Assembly (NCBI GenBank): GCA_965223265.1
Contig: OZ244999.1
Span: 7,360,001 to 7,424,000 of the forward strand
From: Planctomycetota bacterium
GTDB lineage: Bacteria > Planctomycetota > UBA8108 > SXIK01
DNA length: 64,000 nt
Direction: 5' to 3'
Shown here: positions 49,516 to 58,930 of the stretch, one piece after another
Position numbering within the stretch: position 1 is the first letter of the stretch
Layout of the letters: every line of letters begins with the position of its first letter
Made by a program: the position numbers and the translations under genes
The notes under the pieces: model-generated
Databases searched by the model: none
Seen by the model: the letters and a program-made list of their open reading frames with translations, nothing else
Told to the model about the DNA's origin: nothing

Positions 49516-49540
49516 CTAAGCTAAGGGACGAGAAGCGCTA

Positions 49541-50506
49541 CTATAGCAGGTCATAGAAACCTTTGAAGAACTCTTCGTTTCGAGCCAGCTCTTCTCGAAA
49601 TCGGGACATGCTGTCGGCGTCCTCGAGATCCGCGATGAGTCGGACACCAGGCCGCTCGAGGGTGGGATCCCACTCCACACGCACCGGCACATCAAAACGA
49701 AGGCCAGCGCTGAGCTCGGCGAGCCGTCCACGATAGCGCGTCAGTTCAGGGTAGCGCCGCTCGCGCAGCGCCGCGAGAACCGCGTTGCCCGCCTCCGGGC
49801 TGTCGCCGCCGCAATCGTCGGCGCGACAAGCTGCGGCGAGCACTGCCTCAGGGGAAACACTCTCGCTATGCGCGATTTCGTCCAGGAGCTCGGCAGCCTC
49901 GGCGACCTCGTTCAGCGTCCAGCCGTATCGGCGCGCGGCCGAGATGAACCCGTGTGCTGCACCAGCAGGGAGACGAAAAAAACTTCGAGCGCGGCGCAGT
50001 GACAGCCCGCGTTCCTCGACGTATGCCTGAACCTCCACAGGCAGGTCTAGGAGCTTCAAGTGGGATTGGTAAAGCTCCTTCGATCGCCGGAGTCCTAGCA
50101 AGCGAAGCTTTTCGGTGATGATTCGTTCAGCGTCGAGCTGGGCATCGGAAAGCAATTGCCGAATGACACGCGCAATCTCGATCACTCCCCAGCGCTCGTT
50201 GTCCTCAAGAAACAGGTCCCAAAGCTCCTCACGTGTCGCGGCGCCGCGGAGTACGAAACAGGGGAGTCGTTCCTGCGTCGGTGGCGCGAGCCGGTAGCGC
50301 CCCCAGCCTGAAAGCAGATGGAACACGCCTGCGGCCGTCGGATCTTCACGCACGAACAGCGGGCTCGACACTCCGCGGCGCGCGATCGAATCCGCAAGCT
50401 CCCGAGGATAGTCTTCGCGCACCCGAAAGGATGAATCTGAAGTCGAGAGCTCGGAGCGCAGCAGCCAAATGCACTCCGGCGTTTCATTCAAGCGTTGATG
50501 CATCAT
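49541..50506 (-). CDS. ParB/Srx-like N-terminal domain protein upstream of the SplB-like gene
   Basis: LADSIARRGVSSPLFV...HLLSGWGRY resembles the ParB N-terminal domain, followed by a helical region; start 50506 or 50503. Confidence 0.65.
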   Translation of the reverse strand: MMHQRLNETPECIWLLRSELSTSDSSFRVREDYPRELADSIARRGVSSPLFVREDPTAAGVFHLLSGWGRYRLAPPTQERLPCFVLRGAATREELWDLFLEDNERWGVIEIARVIRQLLSDAQLDAERIITEKLRLLGLRRSKELYQSHLKLLDLPVEVQAYVEERGLSLRRARSFFRLPAGAAHGFISAARRYGWTLNEVAEAAELLDEIAHSESVSPEAVLAAACRADDCGGDSPEAGNAVLAALRERRYPELTRYRGRLAELSAGLRFDVPVRVEWDPTLERPGVRLIADLEDADSMSRFREELARNEEFFKGFYDLL

Positions 50507-50528
50507 TCTGGCTAAGATAACCGAGAAC

Positions 50529-51428
50529 ATGAGCACTCAAGACCACCATGATTTCAAAAACCACGCCATCGTCATCGGCTGCGGCTACCTCGGAGTGCGG
50601 GTCGCGCGCGTCCTCCAAGCTCGGGGACACAAGGTCGACGGGACGTCCCGGCGACAGGCACGCTTCGAAGAGTTCGAGCGGCAAGGCATTCGAGGACTGC
50701 AAGTCGATTTCGCGACCGGAAACGACGGTGCGCTCTTCGAGCACCCCTACGGACCAGCGATTTACGCTGTCGCGCCGGGCGCCGACGGCGACGACACACT
50801 AGTTTTTCGCGACACCGTTCTGCGCCTCATCGACCGCTGGCACGCCGCCCCACCGGCACGGTTCCTACTCATCTCGTCGACCGGTGTCTACTCCCAAAAC
50901 AGCGGCGAATGGGTCGACGAAACCAGTACGTGTGACCCGGAGTCCGAACGCTACCGAAGAATCCTTGAAGGCGAAACGGCGGTGCTCTCGGCAGCTCGGC
51001 AGGGCTTTCCCGGCATGGTCCTGCGACTTGGGGGGATCTACGGTCCGAATCGTTCTCCGGTCGACTGGGTTCGAGACGACGCCTGGCGGCGACGACTCGA
51101 GGGCGGCGCCGCGAACGCCTTCATGAATTGGATTCACGTTGACGATGCTGCAGCCGCGATCGCCCTGGCCGCGGAACGAGGTGCTGCCGGCGCAATCTAT
51201 CTCATCGTGGACGATGAGCCTGTGCGCCGATGCCATTTCTACGCCGAGGCATGTCGTCTCGCAGGCGTCCCAGGGCTCTCCCTCACAGACGATCCGCGAC
51301 GCCTGTCGAAACGATGCTCGAACCGCCGAACGCGTGAGGAGCTCGGTTTTCAGCCGCAGTTCGCAAATTACCGCGAGGGACTCGCAGCGCTCGCGAGCCA
51401 AGACTCGTCACCGGTTGACCGCCATTGA
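50529..51428 (+). CDS. NAD-dependent epimerase/dehydratase (YeeZ-like atypical SDR)
   Basis: IGCGYLG, ISSTGVY, LRLGGIYGP and NWIHVDDAA. Confidence 0.9.
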   Translation: MSTQDHHDFKNHAIVIGCGYLGVRVARVLQARGHKVDGTSRRQARFEEFERQGIRGLQVDFATGNDGALFEHPYGPAIYAVAPGADGDDTLVFRDTVLRLIDRWHAAPPARFLLISSTGVYSQNSGEWVDETSTCDPESERYRRILEGETAVLSAARQGFPGMVLRLGGIYGPNRSPVDWVRDDAWRRRLEGGAANAFMNWIHVDDAAAAIALAAERGAAGAIYLIVDDEPVRRCHFYAEACRLAGVPGLSLTDDPRRLSKRCSNRRTREELGFQPQFANYREGLAALASQDSSPVDRH

Positions 51429-52621
51429 ATACGAACGACTCTACGCGAGACAGAGACTCGGCTCTCGACTACTTTGCCGCCCGCGCCGATGATCTGTGCG
51501 ATCTCGTGAGCGAGCTCGCACACTTCGACACCCCGTCTCACGACGCCGACCAAATCAGCCGTTTCGTCGATTGCCTTGCGGCGCACCTGTCGGCAGCCGG
51601 CCTCTCCTGCGAGATCATCGCGGATCGTGGTGGTCCGCATCTCTACGCGCGTAAAGCTCCACTTCAGGTTGCCGAGGCGGCGCGGGACCGTCCCGCGGTA
51701 GTGCTCATCGGACACTCCGACACCGTTTGGCCGCGGGGTGAAGCCGAACGGCGGCCACCCACGGTGCGCAGCGGACACCTCTTCGGACCCGGTGTCTACG
51801 ACATGCGCGCCGGCCTCGCTCTGATCGTTGCCGTCGCGCGTTACCTGCGCGATGCGGCGGTAGAGCTGTCGTCCCCGCTGGACGTCTTTATCGGCGCCGA
51901 CGAAGAACTTGGAAGCCCTACAGCGAAACCGCACATGAAGAGACTCTGTGCGCAACAGTCTACGGCGCTAGTTCTCGAGCCTCCGACCGCCGCGGGCGAT
52001 CTCAAAGCAACGCGCAAGGGCGTCGGGCTCTACACGCTCGAGGTGATCGGCCTCGAGGCCCATGCGGGCGCAGAGCCGGAGAAAGGCGCCAGCGCGATAC
52101 ATGAACTTGTCAGCCACATCGCTGACCTTTCCCGATTGGCAGATCCGTCCCGAGGGATCACCGTCAACGTTGGCAAGATCGCGGGTGGGACCGCCTCGAA
52201 CGTCGTCGCTGGTCGAGCAGTTTGCGGCGTCGATTTTCGCTTTGACCATGAAGAGGATGGCGATGCAATTGACGCCAAAATGCGTACGCTCGCTGCACGC
52301 GACGCGCGCTGCCGTATCGAAGTTCGCGGCGAGATCATCTTTCCTCCGCTCGAGGCAACTCCACGCAATCAACGCGCAGCGCAGCGGGCTCTCGACGTCG
52401 CCCGTCGACTTGGATTGGTGCTGGGTGTCGGACACTCGGGCGGCGGCAGCGACGGATCGTATCTGTCGCAGATCGGGCTGGCAGTCGTCGACGGTCTCGG
52501 TGTGGATGGCGGTGGAGCCCACGCGCAGAACGAACATATCGTGCTCGAGCGTTTACCGATTCGTGCTGCACACTTGGCTGAACTCGTCATAGCTCTCTCG
52601 GAAGATCCCGTGGTAACATGA
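51425..52621 (+). CDS. M20 metallopeptidase (carboxypeptidase G2-like)
   Basis: GHSDTV, GPGVYDMRAG, DEELGS, AHAG, GGGSDG and GAHAQNE. Confidence 0.92.
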   Translation: MNTNDSTRDRDSALDYFAARADDLCDLVSELAHFDTPSHDADQISRFVDCLAAHLSAAGLSCEIIADRGGPHLYARKAPLQVAEAARDRPAVVLIGHSDTVWPRGEAERRPPTVRSGHLFGPGVYDMRAGLALIVAVARYLRDAAVELSSPLDVFIGADEELGSPTAKPHMKRLCAQQSTALVLEPPTAAGDLKATRKGVGLYTLEVIGLEAHAGAEPEKGASAIHELVSHIADLSRLADPSRGITVNVGKIAGGTASNVVAGRAVCGVDFRFDHEEDGDAIDAKMRTLAARDARCRIEVRGEIIFPPLEATPRNQRAAQRALDVARRLGLVLGVGHSGGGSDGSYLSQIGLAVVDGLGVDGGGAHAQNEHIVLERLPIRAAHLAELVIALSEDPVVT

Positions 52622-52905
52622 TCGACATCGAGCCAACGCGGCCAAGTGAGGAAGAGAGTATGGGGATCTTTCGTCGCGGCCAGATCACACCACCGCGCCG
52701 TTTTCGCATCAAAGTTGTGACCAGCGACGGAACCGAACTCTATTGGCACAAAAACGGTCGACTCCACACCGTCGAAGAGGACGTCGCCGACATCTTCGTA
52801 GCGAAGTTCAACCCGGCTCTGTTTGAAATACTGCCGGACGGCAGTATGACGTCTCCGGGCCCAGACTCGATGCGGATCGATCGCTTGAGTAAGGAGCCGG
52901 TCTGA
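52618..52905 (+). CDS. Small hypothetical protein
   Basis: Start and stop codons overlap both neighbours (ATGA, TGATG), suggesting translational coupling. Confidence 0.6.
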   Translation: MIDIEPTRPSEEESMGIFRRGQITPPRRFRIKVVTSDGTELYWHKNGRLHTVEEDVADIFVAKFNPALFEILPDGSMTSPGPDSMRIDRLSKEPV

Positions 52906-54671
52906 TGCCGAGGGATCGCACCCGGGGGTCGGCGACCGCGACCTCTGAAGTGGTGTCGAATTCGCGCATCGCAGGCGTTCTCTTCGAGCTCGCTGACGTC
53001 CTCGAAGTCAGTGGCGTCGACAGTTTTCGCGTGCGAGCCTATCGTTCGGCGGCCCGTCAAATCGAGAACTACGGCCAGCCGGTGTGCGAGCTCGCAGCCG
53101 GAGAAGGCATTCCTGCGCTGAAGAAAATCCCGTCGATCGGGGACAGCATGGCGAAAAAGATCCTGGAGATTTGCCGCACCGGGACGCTTGAGGCGCTCAC
53201 GCAGGCACGGCAGGAAACGCCCTACGAATTGACCGACCTACTTGGCATCGAGGGTCTCGGACCGAAGAAACTGCATATCCTCCACGCGCAGCTTGGCGTT
53301 CAAAACCTGGACGACCTGGAGCGGAGACTGCAGCAAGGGGAGGTTGCAGCTTTAGCCGGCTTCGGCAAGAAAACCGAAGCGAAGCTCCTGCACTCGATCG
53401 AGTTTTTTCGTCGTCGACTCGGCCGATGTCGTCGCGCGGACATCGAACCTATCGCCCTCGCGCTGCGCGACTCGTTGGCGCAGCTGAAGACGATCGAACG
53501 TGTCGAGATCGCAGGCAGCTTTCGGCGTGGGAAGGACACCATCGGCGACCTCGACATCCTCTGCGCAACAAGGGACCCGGCGGCGGTGATGACGTCGATT
53601 ACGGCGTTCCCCGAGCTGGCCGAGGTCATCGTCAGTGGCCCGACGAAGACATCGGTACGTCTCGACAACGGACTGCAGGTCGACGTGCGAGCGGTCGAGC
53701 CTGCCGCATTCGGCGCCGCGCTTCACTACTTCACGGGGTCGAAGGAGCACAACGTTGTGGTTCGCTCGATCGCGAAAGATGCGGGACTCAAGGTCAACGA
53801 GTACGGAGTGTTCCGCGGCGACGAGAGGATCGCCGGCGCAACCGAAGAGGAGATCTTTGGTGCCTTGGACCTCGAGTACGTTCGACCCGAGCTGCGCGAA
53901 GATCGGGGCGAATTCGAGGCGGCACGAAGTTCCACGCTGCCCGAGGCGCTCGAAGTCGAGGACATCCTTGGAGATCTCCAGATGCACTCGACGGCCAGTG
54001 ATGGCAAGAACAGCGTTGAGGAGATGGCGCGCGCCGCCAAAGAAGTCGGGCGCACCTACATCGCGATCACGGATCATTCGAAAGCAGTCACCGTAGCGAA
54101 TGGACTCGACGACGAGCGCATGCGTGCACACGCCGACGCGATTCGGCGCGTCAAGGTGCCTGGCATTCGAGTACTCGCCTCGGTCGAGGTCGACATCATG
54201 AAGGATGGTACACTCGATCTTGAGTCGACAACGCTGCGCGACCTCGACCTTGTGGTGGCGAGCGTTCACAGCCACATGAGCCTGCCCGCCGCCGAGCAGA
54301 CTTCGCGCATCCTTCGAGCCGTTGAGAGCGGACTGATTCACATTCTCGCACACCCCACGGGACGACTCTTGCAGCAGCGAGAACCGTTCCCGTTCGACGT
54401 GCAGGCGGTCATCAAAGCGTGTGTTCGGCATCGCGTCGCGCTCGAAATCAATGCCCATCCCGCACGACTCGATCTTGACGACGTCAACGCGCGCATGGCG
54501 CGCGACCTTGGCGCGCAGCTTGTGATTTCAACTGACGCGCATCGCGCCGAAGATCTCGCACTGATGCGCTTTGGTGTCACCGTGGCACGCCGCGCATGGC
54601 TGACGCGCGAGCACGTCCTCAACACGCGTCCGGTGGAAGAGTTCCTGGAGTGGTTTCGAGTTGACGACTGA
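52905..54671 (+). CDS. polX: DNA polymerase X / PHP 3'-5' exonuclease
   Basis: RVRAYR, AGSFRRGKDTIGDLDIL, YFTGSKEHN; PHP motifs MHSTASDG, ITDH, AHPTGR and STDAH. Confidence 0.96.
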   Translation: MPRDRTRGSATATSEVVSNSRIAGVLFELADVLEVSGVDSFRVRAYRSAARQIENYGQPVCELAAGEGIPALKKIPSIGDSMAKKILEICRTGTLEALTQARQETPYELTDLLGIEGLGPKKLHILHAQLGVQNLDDLERRLQQGEVAALAGFGKKTEAKLLHSIEFFRRRLGRCRRADIEPIALALRDSLAQLKTIERVEIAGSFRRGKDTIGDLDILCATRDPAAVMTSITAFPELAEVIVSGPTKTSVRLDNGLQVDVRAVEPAAFGAALHYFTGSKEHNVVVRSIAKDAGLKVNEYGVFRGDERIAGATEEEIFGALDLEYVRPELREDRGEFEAARSSTLPEALEVEDILGDLQMHSTASDGKNSVEEMARAAKEVGRTYIAITDHSKAVTVANGLDDERMRAHADAIRRVKVPGIRVLASVEVDIMKDGTLDLESTTLRDLDLVVASVHSHMSLPAAEQTSRILRAVESGLIHILAHPTGRLLQQREPFPFDVQAVIKACVRHRVALEINAHPARLDLDDVNARMARDLGAQLVISTDAHRAEDLALMRFGVTVARRAWLTREHVLNTRPVEEFLEWFRVDD

Positions 54672-54818
54672 TTCGACCGTTGAGGCCTCCCATCGTTCAT
54701 CGACTTCGTGTCCGCAGCGGACGGAAGCTGCCCCGCGCGGATCGCAGTGGCGAACCTAGTGCAACCGCGTCATACTGAATTCGGTCCGATTGATTCGAAT
54801 TCGCGTGGAGGCTCTCCT

Positions 54819-55352
54819 GTGCCAACGACCCGTGGCACCACAACCGAACGACGCTCGAGCTTGCTCGTCGCCGCAACGGTGGTCGTCGCTCTCGGCGCCC
54901 TCGGGGTGTCGCTCGTGCGCATGAAGCGACAAGCTGCAAACACACCCGCTGCGACCTCACCGCTCGGCGCAATCCCAGCCGCCACCGCACACCCCGGCGC
55001 ATCGCTGCCGGATATGAGTCAGCTGCAAAGCGTTGCCCACCGCGTCGTGGCTGCGTGGCGAGAGTCGGGTGAGGCGCCCACGCACCTGAGCGGTCTGCCA
55101 CCCGATCGTGAGAGCGAGCTCGCGCCACCCGGTTCCCCAGCTACTCTCGACCCGCCGCTCGATCCATGGGGCCGCGAATACATCTTGCACCGCCACCAAA
55201 GCGGCGACCGCACCGTTCTTTCTCTGATCACTCTGGGCGCGGACGGCGTTCCAGATGGCCAGGATCGAAACCGCGATCTATGGATCGAGATCGACCTCGA
55301 CTCGTACAACGCTGGAGACGACGGTCGCGAGCCGCCATCTGCGCACGAATGA
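54819..55352 (+). CDS. GspG-like C-terminal domain protein with N-terminal membrane anchor
   Basis: LDPWGREYI...LITLGADGVPDG..D motif; hydrophobic N-terminal helix without GFTLIE; start uncertain (54708-54819). Confidence 0.6.
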   Translation: MPTTRGTTTERRSSLLVAATVVVALGALGVSLVRMKRQAANTPAATSPLGAIPAATAHPGASLPDMSQLQSVAHRVVAAWRESGEAPTHLSGLPPDRESELAPPGSPATLDPPLDPWGREYILHRHQSGDRTVLSLITLGADGVPDGQDRNRDLWIEIDLDSYNAGDDGREPPSAHE

Positions 55353-55402
55353 GTAGGACAGCGGCCTGATTTCCTGCATCCGAAGATCACGAGGTCACGA
55401 GC

Positions 55403-57133
55403 TCATGAGTCGTCCTGTGGCGCCGCGCCATGATGACTCGCTTCTTCACCGGCGGCAGTCGGCTCGAAGATCAGAATGTGCTGGTGCGGCAGAAAAGTCT
55501 TCGTCTCCAGCCATCGGAACCCTAGAGCTTCCAGTTCGGCGATCGCTTGCAGCTGGGTCATGCGGTGCAGCGGTTTGATGCGTACGGTCGGGTCCTCACC
55601 ACGATACTCGACAAGGACCAAGCGCCCGGGGCAATCACTACTGCGACCCGGCCGGAGTGCCTGCCGCACCTTAGGCATCACACTGCCAGGATCCGACAGC
55701 TCGTGATAGACGTCGACCATGAGCACGAGGTGAACGCCGAAACTCGGGAGCTGCGGATCCTCTTCGCGCGCCAGAATCGGCACAATGTTCTCGACCCCGT
55801 CTCTTCGGGCCCGCTGCTTCAGGCGATCCAACATCTCCTTCTGGATATCAACTGCGAGAACCTTTCCCGTCGGCCCGACGTGTTTCGCCAGCCGCAGTGA
55901 AAAGTAGCCGACCCCGGCACCGAGGTCGACGACGGTGGCTCCGGTCGGGATAGCAAGAGCTTCGATCACCTTGTCGGGCTGCTCCTCGGCTTCACGTTCG
56001 TCCCGCACAAGCCAATCGGCGCCGTGAAAGCTCATGAACCGGGCGACTTGGCGGCCGCGGAAAAACCCAGCTGCCGGCGCAACACCACTCACCAAACCGG
56101 TGTCTCCTGGACCGAGATGTGCCGCGGCAACAGGCCAACGCGGCGGCAGCTCAACGCTGATCGCGTCCATCGACGTCGGGTGATTGCCGAACTGCACGGC
56201 GCGCGCGACGATCACGTCGAGCAGCGAGGTCGCGTCCGATTCGTCGGACGACCCAACGTCGACATGCGACGCGTCCGCCGAACGCGCGAGCGACGACGAC
56301 CGGGCAGCGAGCTCGAGTGCTAACACGGTGACGCGGCCGCGACCACGCGGCGACGTCCACAGCGCCGGCGGCCTGAGTGCCGGCGAGAGCGCGATAGGGT
56401 GTGATCCCGACGAGCTGGATCCCGCAGCATCAGAATCGAGAGAGTTGGGCTCCAGGCCGACCGCAAGCACACGACCGCGTCCGAGCGCCACCGATCGGGT
56501 CGCCGTCAGGCGAGCGCCGTCTGCCAAGAAATGCGTGATGCATTGCGTCACCGGATGCGTCTGGTCGAGCACCGCGACGGCAACCGCACCCGGCCGCGCC
56601 GCGGGCTTCCATTTCACCGGCTGATCGCTGCGCCCGATCAATCGCGAGTACGCCGCCAGCTCGGGGAAGGCGCTGGCCGCGCCGCCGACCGCCAGCAGGT
56701 GCCCACCGGCGCTGACGTAACCGCTGAGTGTTGCGACGAACTCTTCAGCATTGGCAGCGAACGCGCGACAGTCCTCACCGCCGACCAAAAGTGCGTCGAT
56801 GCGGTCGGCGGCCGGCTCGAGCGTTTGACGGTACCCCGACAGGACACGGGTGCGGCCTGCCAGCGTAGCTGCCGTCAGCTCAACCACTCGACCGGCGAGC
56901 CGCTGCGTCGCACGGTCGGTCGACGAGAAGTGAGCCACGACGAGCGCTCGCAAGCCAGCTCGTTCGGCCGGCGGGTTGACGGCATGAGCGCTACCTACGG
57001 GCGCGATCGTCAGCAGCCAGATGAGCCCTAATAGCCGCGGCGGTCGGGAAGCCGACCACAAGAGCTTCGCCGTGCTCCGCAGGCCCGAAAGGCGGCGATC
57101 GCAATCGTTCAAGGGAACACCGAACGTGAGCAT
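55403..57133 (-). CDS. Fusion of a ThuA/glutamine-amidotransferase-like domain and a class I SAM methyltransferase
   Basis: YVSAGGHLLAVG, HPVTQ, GRGRVTVLAL; then GADWLVRDEREAEE, VVDLGAGVGY, LMVDVYHE and LPHQH. Confidence 0.75.
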   Translation of the reverse strand: MLTFGVPLNDCDRRLSGLRSTAKLLWSASRPPRLLGLIWLLTIAPVGSAHAVNPPAERAGLRALVVAHFSSTDRATQRLAGRVVELTAATLAGRTRVLSGYRQTLEPAADRIDALLVGGEDCRAFAANAEEFVATLSGYVSAGGHLLAVGGAASAFPELAAYSRLIGRSDQPVKWKPAARPGAVAVAVLDQTHPVTQCITHFLADGARLTATRSVALGRGRVLAVGLEPNSLDSDAAGSSSSGSHPIALSPALRPPALWTSPRGRGRVTVLALELAARSSSLARSADASHVDVGSSDESDATSLLDVIVARAVQFGNHPTSMDAISVELPPRWPVAAAHLGPGDTGLVSGVAPAAGFFRGRQVARFMSFHGADWLVRDEREAEEQPDKVIEALAIPTGATVVDLGAGVGYFSLRLAKHVGPTGKVLAVDIQKEMLDRLKQRARRDGVENIVPILAREEDPQLPSFGVHLVLMVDVYHELSDPGSVMPKVRQALRPGRSSDCPGRLVLVEYRGEDPTVRIKPLHRMTQLQAIAELEALGFRWLETKTFLPHQHILIFEPTAAGEEASHHGAAPQDDS

Positions 57134-57220
57134 TGCCGACGAAGCTCAAACTTCGCTGATTGCAGGCGGCGCACGCGGCTAACTCGCCCCTCGGCGCGCA
57201 GCACTACGGATGTTGGATCT

Positions 57221-57616
57221 CTATTCGGACGAAGATCCGTTCCAGTCCGGCGAGGATTGCGGTTGCCCTTCCCACCAATCGCGCCAGGTGCCCGCATAGT
57301 TCTTCACCCAATCTGCGGCCGCGGCTTCAGAACCGATATCGCGGCCGCACTCCTTGCTGAGGAAATACTTGTGTTTCTCGATTTCCCGCAGCTGATGCTC
57401 TGTGTCCCACTGCATCTTCTTGCGTCGCCACGCCTGAGCCACGCCGGACTCCCAGCTCTCGAGAGTCTCTTCGACACTCACCTCACGTTTAAGCTCGAGC
57501 GCGAGGTAAAAACGATGCTCCTGGATCGCACGCCGTTCGGAGAGCCAAAACCCATGAAGTAAGCGATGCGAGAGAAATTCGTCGTCCACTTGTTGATTGA
57601 CAGCGCGGGTAGTCAA
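57221..57616 (-). CDS. DUF4032-like tandem repeat protein
   Basis: Two repeats: IQEHRFYLALELKREVSVEETLESW and IEKHKYFLSKECGRDIGSEAAAADW. Confidence 0.7.
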   Translation of the reverse strand: MTTRAVNQQVDDEFLSHRLLHGFWLSERRAIQEHRFYLALELKREVSVEETLESWESGVAQAWRRKKMQWDTEHQLREIEKHKYFLSKECGRDIGSEAAAADWVKNYAGTWRDWWEGQPQSSPDWNGSSSE

Positions 57617-58037
57617 ACCGGGGAAACAGCTCGTGTTGTGACGGTCGGTCGAAACCGAAAGTTGCCGGAGGAGACGAACTCAACCTTCACTCTGCTTTCG
57701 AGAGAAACGACCGTGAAACTTGAGAACAAGGTTCTTCTCCAAAAGGACATGCCGATTCCTGGGAGGTGAACTCAACGCGATTTGCCGCTCCTGGCCGGCG
57801 TCCAACAGCCAACGGAAACCGTTTCGACTGACGGTCGCAGCTCCTCTCGAGCGCCCGAGAACGTGCTGCACTCAGCGCTACGGAGGTGACGCTTCGGCAC
57901 CAGCGAAGAAAACCGAACCGGCAAAGGTATTGTAACAGGAAACGTTTGAAGTCGACACCGCTTCCGGTTTTTTTCGGCGCGTGTTATCGGGCGGTCATGG
58001 GTGCAAGCCAATGCGAACGGCGGGCTCCGGCGCCCTG

Positions 58038-58835
58038 TCAGTCTGTCGACGAACCCCGAGGCGTGAACGTCTCGGTGAGTGGTGGCAATCGCGGGTTCGC
58101 CTGAGCGAAAAGCGTCAGGCTCGGCGCGGTGTCCACGTCCATGGTCGCGAGATCGCGCGTTCCCCACGACGGCTCGCAGCTGACCACCGCCCCCGCCTCC
58201 GCGGCGATGAGCACTCCTGCCGCGATGTCCCACGGATGCGCGCGGCAATAGCAGGCGACGAACGTCCCTTTGGCCAAATATGCCAGATTGACGATGAGGC
58301 TTCCCAAAATCCGCTGCTTCGCTGGAGTGTCGACGAAGTAGTGACGGTTGCAGCTCGACGTCGTCGCGATCGTCGTGAGCGACGAGTATTCCACCGCATC
58401 TGAGGTGCGGATCGAGACGCCATTGAGCGTCGCACCACTGTCGCGTTTGGCGTGGAACATCTCATCCAGCACGGGAAAGTAGATCCAGCCTTCTGCCACT
58501 CCGCGCGCATCACAGCGAGCCAGCGTCGGACCCCAGTAGGCAACCCCCTGAGTGAAATTCGTTGTACCGTCAATCGGGTCCAGAAGCCAATAGCGGCCAG
58601 ACGACCGCTTGACGTTTCCGTGTTCCTCGCCCAGAAAGCTGTCGTCCGGATAGTGCTCGGAGAGATACTTGAAGATCCGTGCCTCGCTCTCGACATCGTA
58701 CTTCGTGACAACGGTGCGCCCGTATCCGGCGTCGGCCTTGACGTCGATCTCGGAGTCACGCAGACTTTCGTATCCTTCGAGTTGGAAGCGTCCAACCTCT
58801 CTGAGCAGCTCAGCTATGGAGTCCGCTCTTTCCAT
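58038..58835 (-). CDS. Inositol monophosphatase family protein
   Basis: FLGEE, WLLDPIDGTTNF and PWDIAAG; start probably ATG 58835. Confidence 0.93.
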   Translation of the reverse strand: MERADSIAELLREVGRFQLEGYESLRDSEIDVKADAGYGRTVVTKYDVESEARIFKYLSEHYPDDSFLGEEHGNVKRSSGRYWLLDPIDGTTNFTQGVAYWGPTLARCDARGVAEGWIYFPVLDEMFHAKRDSGATLNGVSIRTSDAVEYSSLTTIATTSSCNRHYFVDTPAKQRILGSLIVNLAYLAKGTFVACYCRAHPWDIAAGVLIAAEAGAVVSCEPSWGTRDLATMDVDTAPSLTLFAQANPRLPPLTETFTPRGSSTD

Positions 58836-58930
58836 GTGCACCTCGTTGAGTTGATCATAAGACGCCGGGACACTACCGCCTGAGAAACGCACTGGCTTCT
58901 CTCGCGTGCCCGATCCAGGGCATCCCATTC

